Source of the DNA: an uncultured Woeseia sp. | GTDB lineage: Bacteria > Pseudomonadota > Gammaproteobacteria > Steroidobacterales > UBA11654 | Direction of reading: 5' to 3' | DNA length: 52,749 nucleotides | Assembly: GCA_964629335.1 (NCBI GenBank) | Contig: CAZVRH010000005.1 | Location: 1-52,749, forward strand | Part shown: piece after piece, positions 42,811-52,705 of the stretch | Numbering within the stretch: position 1 is the stretch's first letter | Layout: every line of letters starts with the position of its first letter | Translations under genes and position numbers: made by a program | Notes under the pieces: model-generated | Seen by the model: only the letters and a program-made list of their open reading frames with translations | The model's database searches: none | Told to the model about the DNA's origin: nothing

Positions 42811-44269
42811 AGTATTTTAACCAATTTTTATCAACTAACTTACTGGTCTCTGGGCTCATTTCTTCTAGCATGACTTTGGAAATATCTGGCCAAATAGATG
42901 GCCCGCCTTCGTCTTTTAGCTGTCGAGTTGCATCTATGATGATTTTACTGGTACTGAAACGCTCAGGAGCACTTGCATCTAAAGGCATGCCTCTCATTTT
43001 CTCAATAATCTCGGATGCTGGGTAAGGTTGCCAGCGCGTACCTAAGGCTTGGAATATTTCTCCTTTGTCATAGACATCAACATCTTCATCGACCACAATG
43101 ATCATTTTCGCAAAGAAATCTTTTTCAGCTAAGATTTTACCGGCCTCCAAACCTTGTCCTGCTCTATCCTTTTTGATACTAGCAGTGAGGATGCCTGTGC
43201 TTTCTGCAGGTCGATAAACATCGATCAAATTAGGAATCAAAGTCTTATAAGTTATAAAATTACCCACAGTTTGCAGAATGCTCGGAGATATCTTAGTGAC
43301 CCCTGCAAAAGAATTAACTATCCATGGGTCAGTTCTGTGAGTGATGGCTTTAATTTCCATATAAAAATTCTCATGTTTCTTTAAACCCATAAATCCATAC
43401 ATTTCTCCATACGGTCCTTCCTCCTCCATCTGGTCGAGAGGAATTTCTCCTTCTAAAACAACCTCAGAGTGGGCCGGAACCAAAATATTGTTGGTCTCAC
43501 ATTTGACCATTTCGACAGGCTTACCTCTTATGCCACCTGCATACTCCAATTCATCCTCGCCTAATTTGGCAATCTTTGATGCTCCGACTGTGAATGTAAT
43601 AGGGTCCACTCCATTCGCAATGGCTACAGCTGCAGTTGTTTGCCCTCTCTTCTTCATCTCGGTCAAAAAACTCCAAGCATCCTGTTTAATTTCAGCATTG
43701 AAACCAATTTTATTTTTGCCCTTAACCTGACAACGATAGGTTGCTACATTTCTTCCAAGTTTTTCATCTTCAATAAATATGGTGGCTGCATTAATGTATC
43801 TTCCAGCATCTGCAGGGTTTGTTTGCAACCAAGGAAACCCTAAAATATCAACCGCTTCACCCAATAGAATATTTTCTTTACACGGTGCCCCTCTTTCATC
43901 AATGGTTACCGGTGCCATCTTAGGCCAACCGTTATTATCTAGATTTAATTTCTTCAGCAGTTTGAATGTTCTTTTGCGAGAAATAAGTTGTGATTCGCCT
44001 ATTTGATCTAGTCCATAAATTAATGCTTCAGCATCCCAACCACCAAACAGATTTCCTATCACTGGACCATTCAACCATTGATTATTGATCTTGATTCTCT
44101 CAATTAGAAACGGCGGAGCGAGATCGTAGCCGTATTCTTTAACCAACCTGTAAGCAAAGCCAGTGGCCTCGAACTTATCTTGATCCATTGCTTTGATTCT
44201 GATGAGTCGACCGTTGGATTCTAGAGCATGGATATACTCTCTCAAAGAGTCAAACGGTCCGGTAATCAT
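42791..44269 (-). CDS. UbiD-family prFMN-dependent (de)carboxylase
   Basis: SLREYIHALE, DAGRYI, NVATYR, PAHSEVVLEG, EEGPYGE, IVVDEDVDV, SKIIIDAT; too divergent to call canonical ubiD. Confidence 0.88.
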   Translation of the reverse strand: MITGPFDSLREYIHALESNGRLIRIKAMDQDKFEATGFAYRLVKEYGYDLAPPFLIERIKINNQWLNGPVIGNLFGGWDAEALIYGLDQIGESQLISRKRTFKLLKKLNLDNNGWPKMAPVTIDERGAPCKENILLGEAVDILGFPWLQTNPADAGRYINAATIFIEDEKLGRNVATYRCQVKGKNKIGFNAEIKQDAWSFLTEMKKRGQTTAAVAIANGVDPITFTVGASKIAKLGEDELEYAGGIRGKPVEMVKCETNNILVPAHSEVVLEGEIPLDQMEEEGPYGEMYGFMGLKKHENFYMEIKAITHRTDPWIVNSFAGVTKISPSILQTVGNFITYKTLIPNLIDVYRPAESTGILTASIKKDRAGQGLEAGKILAEKDFFAKMIIVVDEDVDVYDKGEIFQALGTRWQPYPASEIIEKMRGMPLDASAPERFSTSKIIIDATRQLKDEGGPSIWPDISKVMLEEMSPETSKLVDKNWLKYFEDSND

Positions 44270-44278
44270 GGTTTGAGC

Positions 44279-45568
44279 CTATTTGTAGGTTTTTCCGTCT
44301 TTTATAACCAAGGCAATATTTTGAAGCACTGAAATATCCACCAGAGGATTGCCTTGGACTGCAATGATGTCAGCTACCTTACCGGGTTCTATGGATCCTA
44401 GCTTGTCATCAATTCTCAAAAGTTTTGCGGTTGTCATGGTGGCCGATTGAATGGCTTCCATTTCTGTCATCCCATTCTCAACCATCAAAACAAATTCTTC
44501 CCAATTTGTGCCATGCGGTTGGACACCGGCATCAGTCCCGAAAGCTATTTTAACCCCTTTTTTATAGGCTTTCGAAAAGGTGTCCGCAATTTGAGGGCCA
44601 ACACTGGCTGCCTTAGGTCTGACAATTTCTGGAAAATAATTATCGATTCTAGCTTTAGCCGCTACAAACTCGCCAGCAGAAATCGTTGGCACATAATAAG
44701 TCCCGTTTTTAATCATCAAGTCCATAGCTTCTTCATCCATGAAAGTACCGTGCTCTATAGAATCAACACCAGCTCGAATGGCACGCTTCATTCCTTCTGC
44801 CCCATGAGCATGCACTGCTACCCACATTCCATAATCTTTAGCAGCACTTACGACAGCGTTCACTTCCTCTTGAGTGAACTGTGGATTCTCACCAGATTTA
44901 GCCTCACTTAAAACGCCACCAGTGACTGTGATTTTTATACCATCAGCTCCGTCTTTATATCTTTGTCGAACAGCTGTATAGACTTCATAAGGGCCATTAA
45001 CCACGCCATCCTCTGGAGACGGGTAGATATAATCATCGACAGCCATCCCATTGGTGGGATCGGCATGACCGCCTGTGGTTGCTAAACTTTTTCCAGAGGT
45101 ATGTATTCGTGGACCAACAACTTTGCCTTGGTTAATAGCGTCTCTCAGACTAATAGCGACCATACCGCTATCGCCCACTTGCCGAACAGTTGTAAAACCA
45201 GACATAAAAGTAACATAAGCATGACGTGTTGCGAGAATGGCTTGCATCTCCTTTTCAACTTTAGACGGGCGCTCAGCTTTGGATTGATACTCACCTCCAA
45301 AATGCACATGCATATCCATTAGCCCTGGAAGTACAGTGTGCTCCCTTAGGTCGATGTATGTGTCATCCTCTTTAGGGTTTTTGTAACCCCTTATTACATC
45401 AGTAATAATATTCTCGTCTATAACGATGGTCACTTTTGACTGCACGGTATCTGATTCACCATTAATCAGTTTGCCGGCGTGAACAATCGTAGAGGCAGGC
45501 AAGCTATTAGAAATAAAAAACCCGAGACTAACGAGACTGATAAGAACGCTTCTCTTGAAATAAAACAT
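44279..45568 (-). CDS. Exported metal-dependent amidohydrolase (Xaa-Pro dipeptidase-like)
   Basis: [43 protein letters not shown]; signal peptide. Confidence 0.88.
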   Translation of the reverse strand: MFYFKRSVLISLVSLGFFISNSLPASTIVHAGKLINGESDTVQSKVTIVIDENIITDVIRGYKNPKEDDTYIDLREHTVLPGLMDMHVHFGGEYQSKAERPSKVEKEMQAILATRHAYVTFMSGFTTVRQVGDSGMVAISLRDAINQGKVVGPRIHTSGKSLATTGGHADPTNGMAVDDYIYPSPEDGVVNGPYEVYTAVRQRYKDGADGIKITVTGGVLSEAKSGENPQFTQEEVNAVVSAAKDYGMWVAVHAHGAEGMKRAIRAGVDSIEHGTFMDEEAMDLMIKNGTYYVPTISAGEFVAAKARIDNYFPEIVRPKAASVGPQIADTFSKAYKKGVKIAFGTDAGVQPHGTNWEEFVLMVENGMTEMEAIQSATMTTAKLLRIDDKLGSIEPGKVADIIAVQGNPLVDISVLQNIALVIKDGKTYK

Positions 45569-45577
45569 TTAGATCGC

Positions 45578-46171
45578 CTATTTAAGTGGCTCTGTGACCT
45601 CAAGCGGAACCATGACATGGACAAAATCATTTCCTTCCCACATAACATACGGTCCACCGGCATACGGATCTGTCGGTAAGTCATCCATCATGCTTGCAGG
45701 TAACAATAGCATCAAGTGAGGGCGTTCAGCCACCCAGATGCCTTTACTCTTATCCTGATTAAAGGGTTCATTATTGTCCACAGCAATGTCGCCAACGAGC
45801 ATGTAGGAAACGCCAAACGAAGCAGATTCTGAATCGTATTCATATGGATCCCCATTGACTGCTTTCATGTATTCCTGCAACCAGTTTTGCCACGCTGGGT
45901 CTACACACATAGGATTAACATTCTCATTGGGCGGGCTTCCCGGCATACATACCCATCCATTATTCCCCTCTTTTAAAATAGCTCCATCTGAACCCATAAT
46001 GGTGGCTTTCCCACTGACGTTTGCAGGGGCTGCAGACATCGCGATGTCTATGATTTCTTGAGTTGTATAATGCTTATGGTCTGAGTCATCGTGCGAATGC
46101 ATATGAGAGCTTGCATAAACGCTGGGACTCAGTAGAAAAGCTATTGTTAACAAACCGTATAATTTTTTCAT
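45578..46171 (-). CDS. Conserved hypothetical exported protein with His-rich N-terminus
   Basis: Signal peptide, then SSHMHSHDDSDHKH; AAPANVSGKAT, NGWVCMP, PMCVD, PHLMLL, PYVMW, HVMVP motifs; GGAG SD. Confidence 0.75.
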   Translation of the reverse strand: MKKLYGLLTIAFLLSPSVYASSHMHSHDDSDHKHYTTQEIIDIAMSAAPANVSGKATIMGSDGAILKEGNNGWVCMPGSPPNENVNPMCVDPAWQNWLQEYMKAVNGDPYEYDSESASFGVSYMLVGDIAVDNNEPFNQDKSKGIWVAERPHLMLLLPASMMDDLPTDPYAGGPYVMWEGNDFVHVMVPLEVTEPLK

Positions 46172-46217
46172 TTAATTCTTCTCCAAATATAATATTTTGT
46201 GTTGCTGAAAAACCTTA

Positions 46218-46934
46218 TTATTCAGCAGTGTAAATTTGCTGACATTCTTCATAGGTGTCTCTCACAACTTCATCGATGAGTGAGCTAGCCTTAAGGTATA
46301 GTTGCCCCCATGCCGCTCCTGCATAAAAATCATCTATCAGTCTACCGGTTTCACTAGCATTCGGTGATATACCTCTTAATAAGAAAGTTCCTGTTTCATG
46401 AACACCTCCGCCAAGAGGTTGAAAAATACCGAAATTGAAATCATGGCCTGCGCTTCTGATTGCAGCTTCGAGTTTGGTTGCTGCCGCAATATAAGCGGGG
46501 ACGTTTTCAGGTTTAATTTTTACACGCGTGACTCTTTCAAACCCTGGGCTTAAAACAAATGGCTTGAGTGGCTTCCATGCAAGACTGTACTTAGGGGTTC
46601 TGAGCTTTGCTAAGTTTTTTGGTGCTTGATCCGGATCATAAGCGGTGGTTATTTCCATGGCACCTGTTACATCAGAAAAAGCATTCCAAACAAACATTTC
46701 TCCAGGATAATCATGCCCTGTCTTCGTTACACAAACACCAGCAGCGGTAGCGTTGAATGCTCTAAATAGATCAGGATTATTGTTTAAATATTCAATGTAG
46801 GCTGAAACATCTGGGGCCTGAACCATCAATGTGGTAAAACTTCCTTCACCAGGTCCTGGGATTGCATGATTGTCAGCTTGGACTGTTAATGGAGATATCA
46901 TTAATACCATTAAAGATAGGATAAGTTTTTGCAT
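46218..46934 (-). CDS. Hypothetical exported protein (possible duplicated alpha/beta-barrel, NIPSNAP-like)
   Basis: Signal peptide ending VQA-DNH; two roughly 100-aa halves with alternating beta/alpha pattern; GGGAG SD; fold call is a guess. Confidence 0.7.
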   Translation of the reverse strand: MQKLILSLMVLMISPLTVQADNHAIPGPGEGSFTTLMVQAPDVSAYIEYLNNNPDLFRAFNATAAGVCVTKTGHDYPGEMFVWNAFSDVTGAMEITTAYDPDQAPKNLAKLRTPKYSLAWKPLKPFVLSPGFERVTRVKIKPENVPAYIAAATKLEAAIRSAGHDFNFGIFQPLGGGVHETGTFLLRGISPNASETGRLIDDFYAGAAWGQLYLKASSLIDEVVRDTYEECQQIYTAE

Positions 46935-47019
46935 AATTTACTCCCTTTGAATTAATTTACTCGAACAGTTGAAATTAAAGAGTAAAAAGCAAAAAATCAA
47001 ATGTATTTTAAATTTAGCT

Positions 47020-47805
47020 TCACAGATAAATTTCACCGCTTAAATAAATCAATGATTCTCCTCCAATCATGACCCGGTCTTCTTTATTTTCACAATACAA
47101 AACACCGCCTCTTTCTGAGAGTTGATGCGCTAACAAAATATCTTTAGACAAGACTTCACTCCAGTAAGGAATCATGGTGGTATGAGCAGAACCGGTCACA
47201 GGATCCTCATCCACTCCAGTTTGAGGGAAAAAGCACCGTGAAACAAAATCAACATTGTCTCCAGAGGCTGAAGCAATAAGTCCTCTTGAGTTGATTTTTG
47301 AGATCTCCATAAAATTAGGTTTTAATTCTCTGATATTTTTCTCGGTTTGAAAGATAGCTAAATAATCATCACGACCCTTAAACACTGCCTTAGGATGAGC
47401 TCCTAGCAAGTCAAAAATAAAACTTGTCTCTGCAATCTCCTCAAGGGAATCTGCTGGAAAGTCAAGATAGATCAGATCGTCTTTCTTAGTAGCTATCAAT
47501 TCCCCACTTTTTGATTCAAAGGTAATGTTGGTTACAGAATCATCTAAATGTTTTTCAAATAAAACTTTTGCTGACGCTAAGGTGGCGTGGCCACATAAAT
47601 CAACTTCGGTGGCAGGTGTAAACCAACGAATTGTGAATGGCTTTTTCGAAATGTTTACAAAAGCTGTTTCTGATAAATTATTCTCATTGGCTATCGATTG
47701 CATAACCTCTTCGGTTAAATCTTGTTCTACCGGGATAACTGCTGCTGGATTCCCAGCAAATAATTTACTTGTAAAAGCATCAACTTGATAAATAGGTAGT
47801 CTCAC
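47020..47805 (-). CDS. PhzF-family isomerase/epimerase
   Basis: QVDAFTSKLFAGNPAAV, ENNLSETAF, RWFTPATEVDLCGHATLAS, EDPVTGSAH. Confidence 0.93.
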   Translation of the reverse strand: MRLPIYQVDAFTSKLFAGNPAAVIPVEQDLTEEVMQSIANENNLSETAFVNISKKPFTIRWFTPATEVDLCGHATLASAKVLFEKHLDDSVTNITFESKSGELIATKKDDLIYLDFPADSLEEIAETSFIFDLLGAHPKAVFKGRDDYLAIFQTEKNIRELKPNFMEISKINSRGLIASASGDNVDFVSRCFFPQTGVDEDPVTGSAHTTMIPYWSEVLSKDILLAHQLSERGGVLYCENKEDRVMIGGESLIYLSGEIYL

Positions 47806-47823
47806 AACAAATAATTTTGTTTC

Positions 47824-48222
47824 TTATTCTAAAATACTTATTAACTGTTGTTGCTCTATATCATAGATAAAGCCTTTTACTAAGACATGGTCGGGAACTA
47901 AATTGTGAGATTTAATTGTATTTATATCTTCACGAACGCTTCCCTCGAGATCTGAAAAAAGATTATTTTTGATGGCCTCGGGTAATCCAGACACTTCATC
48001 TTCGGGCATATGACCCATGAGGCAATCAGTATGATGGATGACCCACCATTCCTTGGAACCAAAGAATTGTGCTGTGACTACCATGGACTCTATAGCTTCT
48101 GGAGTTGCTCTTCCACCTGCATTTCTAATTACAAATGCCTCAAATTCTTGAAAACCTGAAATCGCTATTGGGTCGATTCTGGCATCCATACAAGTTAATA
48201 AGGTGTATTTTTTATCGTTCAT
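47824..48222 (-). CDS. Small beta-class carbonic anhydrase (clade D-like)
   Basis: TCMDARI, IRNAGG, HHTDC zinc motifs; 132 aa. Confidence 0.88.
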   Translation of the reverse strand: MNDKKYTLLTCMDARIDPIAISGFQEFEAFVIRNAGGRATPEAIESMVVTAQFFGSKEWWVIHHTDCLMGHMPEDEVSGLPEAIKNNLFSDLEGSVREDINTIKSHNLVPDHVLVKGFIYDIEQQQLISILE

Positions 48223-48224
48223 GC

Positions 48225-49751
48225 TTAATCTCTTTTTATACTTAAAGACATAGTTATAGCTTTGTGAATTATAGATCTAGTATCTTCAGGGTCAATGACA
48301 GCGTCAATCTCTAGGTGTGTAGCCGCCTCAATTGCTTTACCTCTTTCATAAGCTTCAGCAACGAGCTGATTAAATAAATCTTCTCTTTTTTGATCATCAG
48401 CTTCAGACTCTAACTCCTTTTTGAACCCAAGTTTTACAGCACCTTCAAGACCCATTCCACCAAATTCTGCAGTTGGCCAAGCAACGGTGTATACAGGGTC
48501 ATGCAGACTTCCACCAACCATGGCTTGTGCGCCTAAACCATAGCCTTTTCTTAGAAATACAGCAACAAGAGGAACCTTTAACCTTGAACCTACCTTAAAT
48601 AAGCTGGCCATCCTTCTCACTGCTCCCTCTTCTTCGCTGTCAGGGCCCACCATGAATCCTGGGGTGTCTACTAAGGCTACTACAGGTATCAAATGATCAT
48701 TACATATGGTTAGAAAATCAGCTGTTTTTTCTGAGGCTTCTGAATCAACTGCACCTCCTAATTGTTGACAATCGCTAGCGAGAATTGCCATGGGCTGGCC
48801 TTCAATTCTTATAAACCCTGTGACTATGCTTCTCCCGTAATTCTTTTTCATCTCAAGAAACGTTTCGGTGTCAGCAATCAGATCTATGATTTCTCTGACC
48901 GGATAAGCCCACCGCCTGTCTTCCGGGATAATATCTTTAAGTCTAGATTGATCAGCAAAAGAAAATTCTTCACTTGGGCCTTGGAAATAGGACAATAATT
49001 TCTTCGCTATTGCTGTGGCTTCTTTCTCATCAGCTGCTAAATAATCAATCACTCCATTTTTTTCCTGGATCTCAGATGGTCCTATTTCTTTTGGGTCAAA
49101 CATTCCTAAACCTCCACCTTCTATCATGGCTGGTCCGGCCATTCCTATCCATGAATTCTGGGTTGCAATCCTAAAATCAGAACACCCAAATAAAGCCGCA
49201 TTTCCAGCAAAACAATACCCATTAGCAATCGCTACTCTAAGACATCGCCCTGATAATCGAGCCCAAGTAGAAAATGAAGGGATATTAAGACCTGCTATTT
49301 GCGTAGTCACATCAACATCACCAGGTCGACCTCCGCCGCCTTCGGTAAAAATTACAATGGGTAGTCTAAATTTCTCAGCCTGTTCAGTAATTCGATCCAA
49401 TTTTTGATGGTGAAAAAAACCTTGGGTTCCCGCTAAAACAGAATAATCGTAAACTATAGCTATCGCATGTGCTCTATCTTCTGCTAGATATTTTGAATTG
49501 ATTTTACACAACCCGGTAATTATTCCGTCTGCTGGCGTTTCTGTCTGCAATTCTTCGTAGTCCCTCCTGGTTCTCTGAGCTGCAACAGCGAATTCACCGA
49601 ACTCTAAAAAACTATTTTCATCAACTAAGTCATCAAGATTTTCCCTGGCTGTTCGATAACCTTGACTGTGTCTTTTCTTTGTCGCAGGAACTCTGCTATC
49701 GTCCTTTGATTTCTCAAGTCGACTTAAAAAGTTTTCAAATTCTTTATTCAT
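48225..49751 (-). CDS. Acyl-CoA carboxylase carboxyltransferase domain protein (no BC/BCCP)
   Basis: RTARENLDDLVD, TPADG, YSVLAGTQG, EGGGGRPGD, CFAGNA, GMAGPAMIEGGG, VDTPGFMVGP, MGLEGAV. Confidence 0.9.
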   Translation of the reverse strand: MNKEFENFLSRLEKSKDDSRVPATKKRHSQGYRTARENLDDLVDENSFLEFGEFAVAAQRTRRDYEELQTETPADGIITGLCKINSKYLAEDRAHAIAIVYDYSVLAGTQGFFHHQKLDRITEQAEKFRLPIVIFTEGGGGRPGDVDVTTQIAGLNIPSFSTWARLSGRCLRVAIANGYCFAGNAALFGCSDFRIATQNSWIGMAGPAMIEGGGLGMFDPKEIGPSEIQEKNGVIDYLAADEKEATAIAKKLLSYFQGPSEEFSFADQSRLKDIIPEDRRWAYPVREIIDLIADTETFLEMKKNYGRSIVTGFIRIEGQPMAILASDCQQLGGAVDSEASEKTADFLTICNDHLIPVVALVDTPGFMVGPDSEEEGAVRRMASLFKVGSRLKVPLVAVFLRKGYGLGAQAMVGGSLHDPVYTVAWPTAEFGGMGLEGAVKLGFKKELESEADDQKREDLFNQLVAEAYERGKAIEAATHLEIDAVIDPEDTRSIIHKAITMSLSIKRD

Positions 49752-49765
49752 CTAGAACCCGCTCT

Positions 49766-50368
49766 CTATAAGAAAAGTTGAATCGCAATAAGTATTAATA
49801 TTATTCCAATCACTTTCTCAAATATAGGAATAAAGTTCTCGTATTTTGTTGTCAATGTTTGATTGGAAAAAATATACGAGATTCCTGTAAACCAAATAAA
49901 AGTTGTAACCGACATATAGAGACCGTACAAACTAAGCAAAACAGTTGTGGTTGATTCATTGACCACTGCCGTAAACACGGTTACAAAAAACAGTATGGCT
50001 TTGGGATTAAGAATGTTGGTAATCAACCCAAGAGTATACGAACCTAAATAATTTTCGTTATCCCCCCTGTCCTTTTTATTCAATGCCTTTGGTTTGGAAA
50101 AGAACGACAAACAACCCAGATAAGCAATATACACAGCTGCACCGATCTTCAACCAATCAAACAGCTCGGGATTTGAAGACACAATTAGAGAAACCCCCGT
50201 GATCGCTATAATTGAATGGAAAATAATTCCTGTAGCTATTCCTGCACTCGACCATACGGCTACTGTCCTGCCAAATCTCAGAGATTGCCTGGTGACTAAT
50301 AAAAAATCGGGACCTGGGCTGGCTACTGCAAATAGATGAAGCAATGCAATTGTGAGAAATTCAAGCAC
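49766..50368 (-). CDS. LysE/RhtB-family amino acid exporter
   Basis: SPGPDF, GAAVYIAYLG, GLITNILNPKAILFF; GTG start. Confidence 0.9.
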   Translation of the reverse strand: MLEFLTIALLHLFAVASPGPDFLLVTRQSLRFGRTVAVWSSAGIATGIIFHSIIAITGVSLIVSSNPELFDWLKIGAAVYIAYLGCLSFFSKPKALNKKDRGDNENYLGSYTLGLITNILNPKAILFFVTVFTAVVNESTTTVLLSLYGLYMSVTTFIWFTGISYIFSNQTLTTKYENFIPIFEKVIGIILILIAIQLFL

Positions 50369-50389
50369 GTTCTTTTTGGGGGGTTACGC

Positions 50390-51487
50390 CTAATACTTAT
50401 TCAAATGATAATCGGCATTACCAAATAAGGCATCTACAGCAACCAACTTCTTAAGAAAGTGACCAATTAACATCTCATCGCTAACACCCATTGCGCCGTG
50501 GAGTTGGACGGCTTCTTGTGCAACCAGTTTTCCAGAGGTACCGATTCGGTATTTAAGAGCTGATACCGACTTAGTCTTGCTGTCTTCATTAGCATCGCAT
50601 TCAAGCATCGCTTTATATAACAGCGACTTACACATCTCAGTTTCTATAAACATATCCACCATTCTGTGCTGGAGCACTTGGAATTTACTGATGGGTTGAC
50701 CAAATTGCTTTCTGCTCTTGGTGTATTCAAGAGTTTTAAGATAGCAGGAAGTCATCGAACCAACGCTTTCTGCAGAGATGCAAAGCGTGGCAAGATTAAT
50801 GGCCTCATTAAGGAGTTCCTTGGCCTCATCGCCCTTTGCAATAATAGCTTCATGAGAAACATTAACATCCTTAAAGCTTATTTCTGCAGCCGTTTGGCCA
50901 TCAATGGTGAGGTATTCATTGGACGAGATTCCCTGTTGTTGCTTATCAATCAAGATTAAGGCTGCTTCATCCTCATAATCTGCTAATACAATTAAATCAT
51001 CGGCATTGCCACCATTGAGAACCAATGATTTCTTGCCGTTAATAATGATTTCATCGCCTTCAACAACAGCTCTGGTCTGGGGATGGGTATGATCAACGCT
51101 TAGGTTTGATTCGATGTAGGCCAGAGATACGTGTTTATTGCCGGAGATTATCGATTCAACTAGCTCAATGCGATGACCAAAAGAAGAATTATCAATGATG
51201 TAACCGGAGAGAATCACGGTACTCAGATAAGGCTCAACAACTAGAGCCTTGCCAAATTCTTCAAATAAAATGGAAAGCTCAATCGGACCGTAACCAAAGC
51301 CGCCTGTGTCTTCATTGAACGGGAGAGCTAACCAACCCAGCTCTGAAAATAATTGCCAAAATTCTTTACTAAAACCTTCACTCGACTTAATGATCTCTTC
51401 TCTTTTTTCAAAAGAATAATCGGATTCACAGAACTTCTGTATCTGTTCTCTGAGCATTTCTTGTTCGTCTGAAAAATTTAAATCCAT
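50390..51487 (-). CDS. Acyl-CoA dehydrogenase, PimD-like partner subunit
   Basis: FSDEQEMLR, ELGWLAL, EEFGKALVVEPY, YTKSRKQFGQPISKFQVLQHRMVDM, AVQLHGAMG. Confidence 0.88.
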   Translation of the reverse strand: MDLNFSDEQEMLREQIQKFCESDYSFEKREEIIKSSEGFSKEFWQLFSELGWLALPFNEDTGGFGYGPIELSILFEEFGKALVVEPYLSTVILSGYIIDNSSFGHRIELVESIISGNKHVSLAYIESNLSVDHTHPQTRAVVEGDEIIINGKKSLVLNGGNADDLIVLADYEDEAALILIDKQQQGISSNEYLTIDGQTAAEISFKDVNVSHEAIIAKGDEAKELLNEAINLATLCISAESVGSMTSCYLKTLEYTKSRKQFGQPISKFQVLQHRMVDMFIETEMCKSLLYKAMLECDANEDSKTKSVSALKYRIGTSGKLVAQEAVQLHGAMGVSDEMLIGHFLKKLVAVDALFGNADYHLNKY

Positions 51488-51489
51488 AA

Positions 51490-52659
51490 CTAGAGACCTA
51501 ATATCATCTTAGAGATTATATTTTTCTGAATTTCATTGCTGCCCCCGTAAATTGAGGTTTTACGATAATTAAGATATTTAGAAAGCGACTTGGCTGTATG
51601 GTTCGGTCCTGCTGGTAGAGTCTGCTCATTATGCCCTTGCGGGCCAGGATAAATAAGTGCGTATTCTCCTGAGGCCTCTACAAATAATTCAGTCAGTCGT
51701 TGTTGAATCTCGGTGCCTCGAATTTTCAAAATAGAGGATTCAGGACCCGGGTGACCTTTTGCTTCTATATCTGATAACATCCTTAAACCAAGAATCTCGA
51801 GAGCCGCAAGATCGATTTCCACGTCTTTAACTTTCCTTGATAAATCGGGGTTATCGAGTTCTGAAACGATCTGTTTTAGTTTGTTCAACTCTCGTATCTC
51901 AGCGCCAACAACGGCTATACCGAATCGTTCATGCGCTAATAGAAATTTAGCATACGTCCAACCCTTGCCTTCCTCACCAATTAGATTTTCAACTGGAACT
52001 TTGACATCGCTGAAAAAAACCGTGTTTATTTCATGCCGTCCATCGATGGTAATAATTGGCTCAACTTCAACGCCTGGGGTATTCATATCAATGAGAAGGA
52101 AGGAAATGCCTTCCTGTCTTTTTTCTGTGGTTTCAGTTCTAACAAGATTAAAAATCCAATCAGCATGTTGAGCAAGTGTGGTCCATGTTTTTGAGCCATT
52201 AACTACATAATGATCCCCTTCTCTAACAGCCTTAGTGCTTAATGAAGCTAAATCTGAACCCGATCCAGGTTCTGAATAACCTTGGCACCACCAAGTATTG
52301 AAATTTAATATATCCGGTAAGTATTTTTTCTTCTGGTCGTCATTGCCGAAAGTGTAAATAACAGGTCCGACCATAGACACACCAAAGGGTAATATGGATG
52401 GGCAACCTGCAAGGCCCATTTCTTTTTGAAAAATATATATTTGTGTAGAGGTCCAACCTGTTCCTCCATATTCTCTGGGCCAGTTATATCCCAACCAACC
52501 TTTGGCAGAGAGAGCCTTGTGAAATTCTGTCACTTCCTCTTTGGTTAATGATTCACCTTGCTCTTGTTTTTCTTTTATATGTTTCGGGTACTCATTTTCA
52601 ATCCAGGATCTTATTTCGTCTCTGAATTCGAGGTCTTTGTCTGTAAATCTTATTTCCAT
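51490..52659 (-). CDS. Acyl-CoA dehydrogenase, PimC-like subunit
   Basis: WPREYGGTGW, WWCQGYSEPGSGSDLASL, NGSKTWTT, AKFLLAHER, TSIYGGSNEIQKNII. Confidence 0.92.
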   Translation of the reverse strand: MEIRFTDKDLEFRDEIRSWIENEYPKHIKEKQEQGESLTKEEVTEFHKALSAKGWLGYNWPREYGGTGWTSTQIYIFQKEMGLAGCPSILPFGVSMVGPVIYTFGNDDQKKKYLPDILNFNTWWCQGYSEPGSGSDLASLSTKAVREGDHYVVNGSKTWTTLAQHADWIFNLVRTETTEKRQEGISFLLIDMNTPGVEVEPIITIDGRHEINTVFFSDVKVPVENLIGEEGKGWTYAKFLLAHERFGIAVVGAEIRELNKLKQIVSELDNPDLSRKVKDVEIDLAALEILGLRMLSDIEAKGHPGPESSILKIRGTEIQQRLTELFVEASGEYALIYPGPQGHNEQTLPAGPNHTAKSLSKYLNYRKTSIYGGSNEIQKNIISKMILGL

Positions 52660-52705
52660 CTTATTTCTGTAGATATTACCTGTATATTAAATTTCTCACT
52701 AGCTA

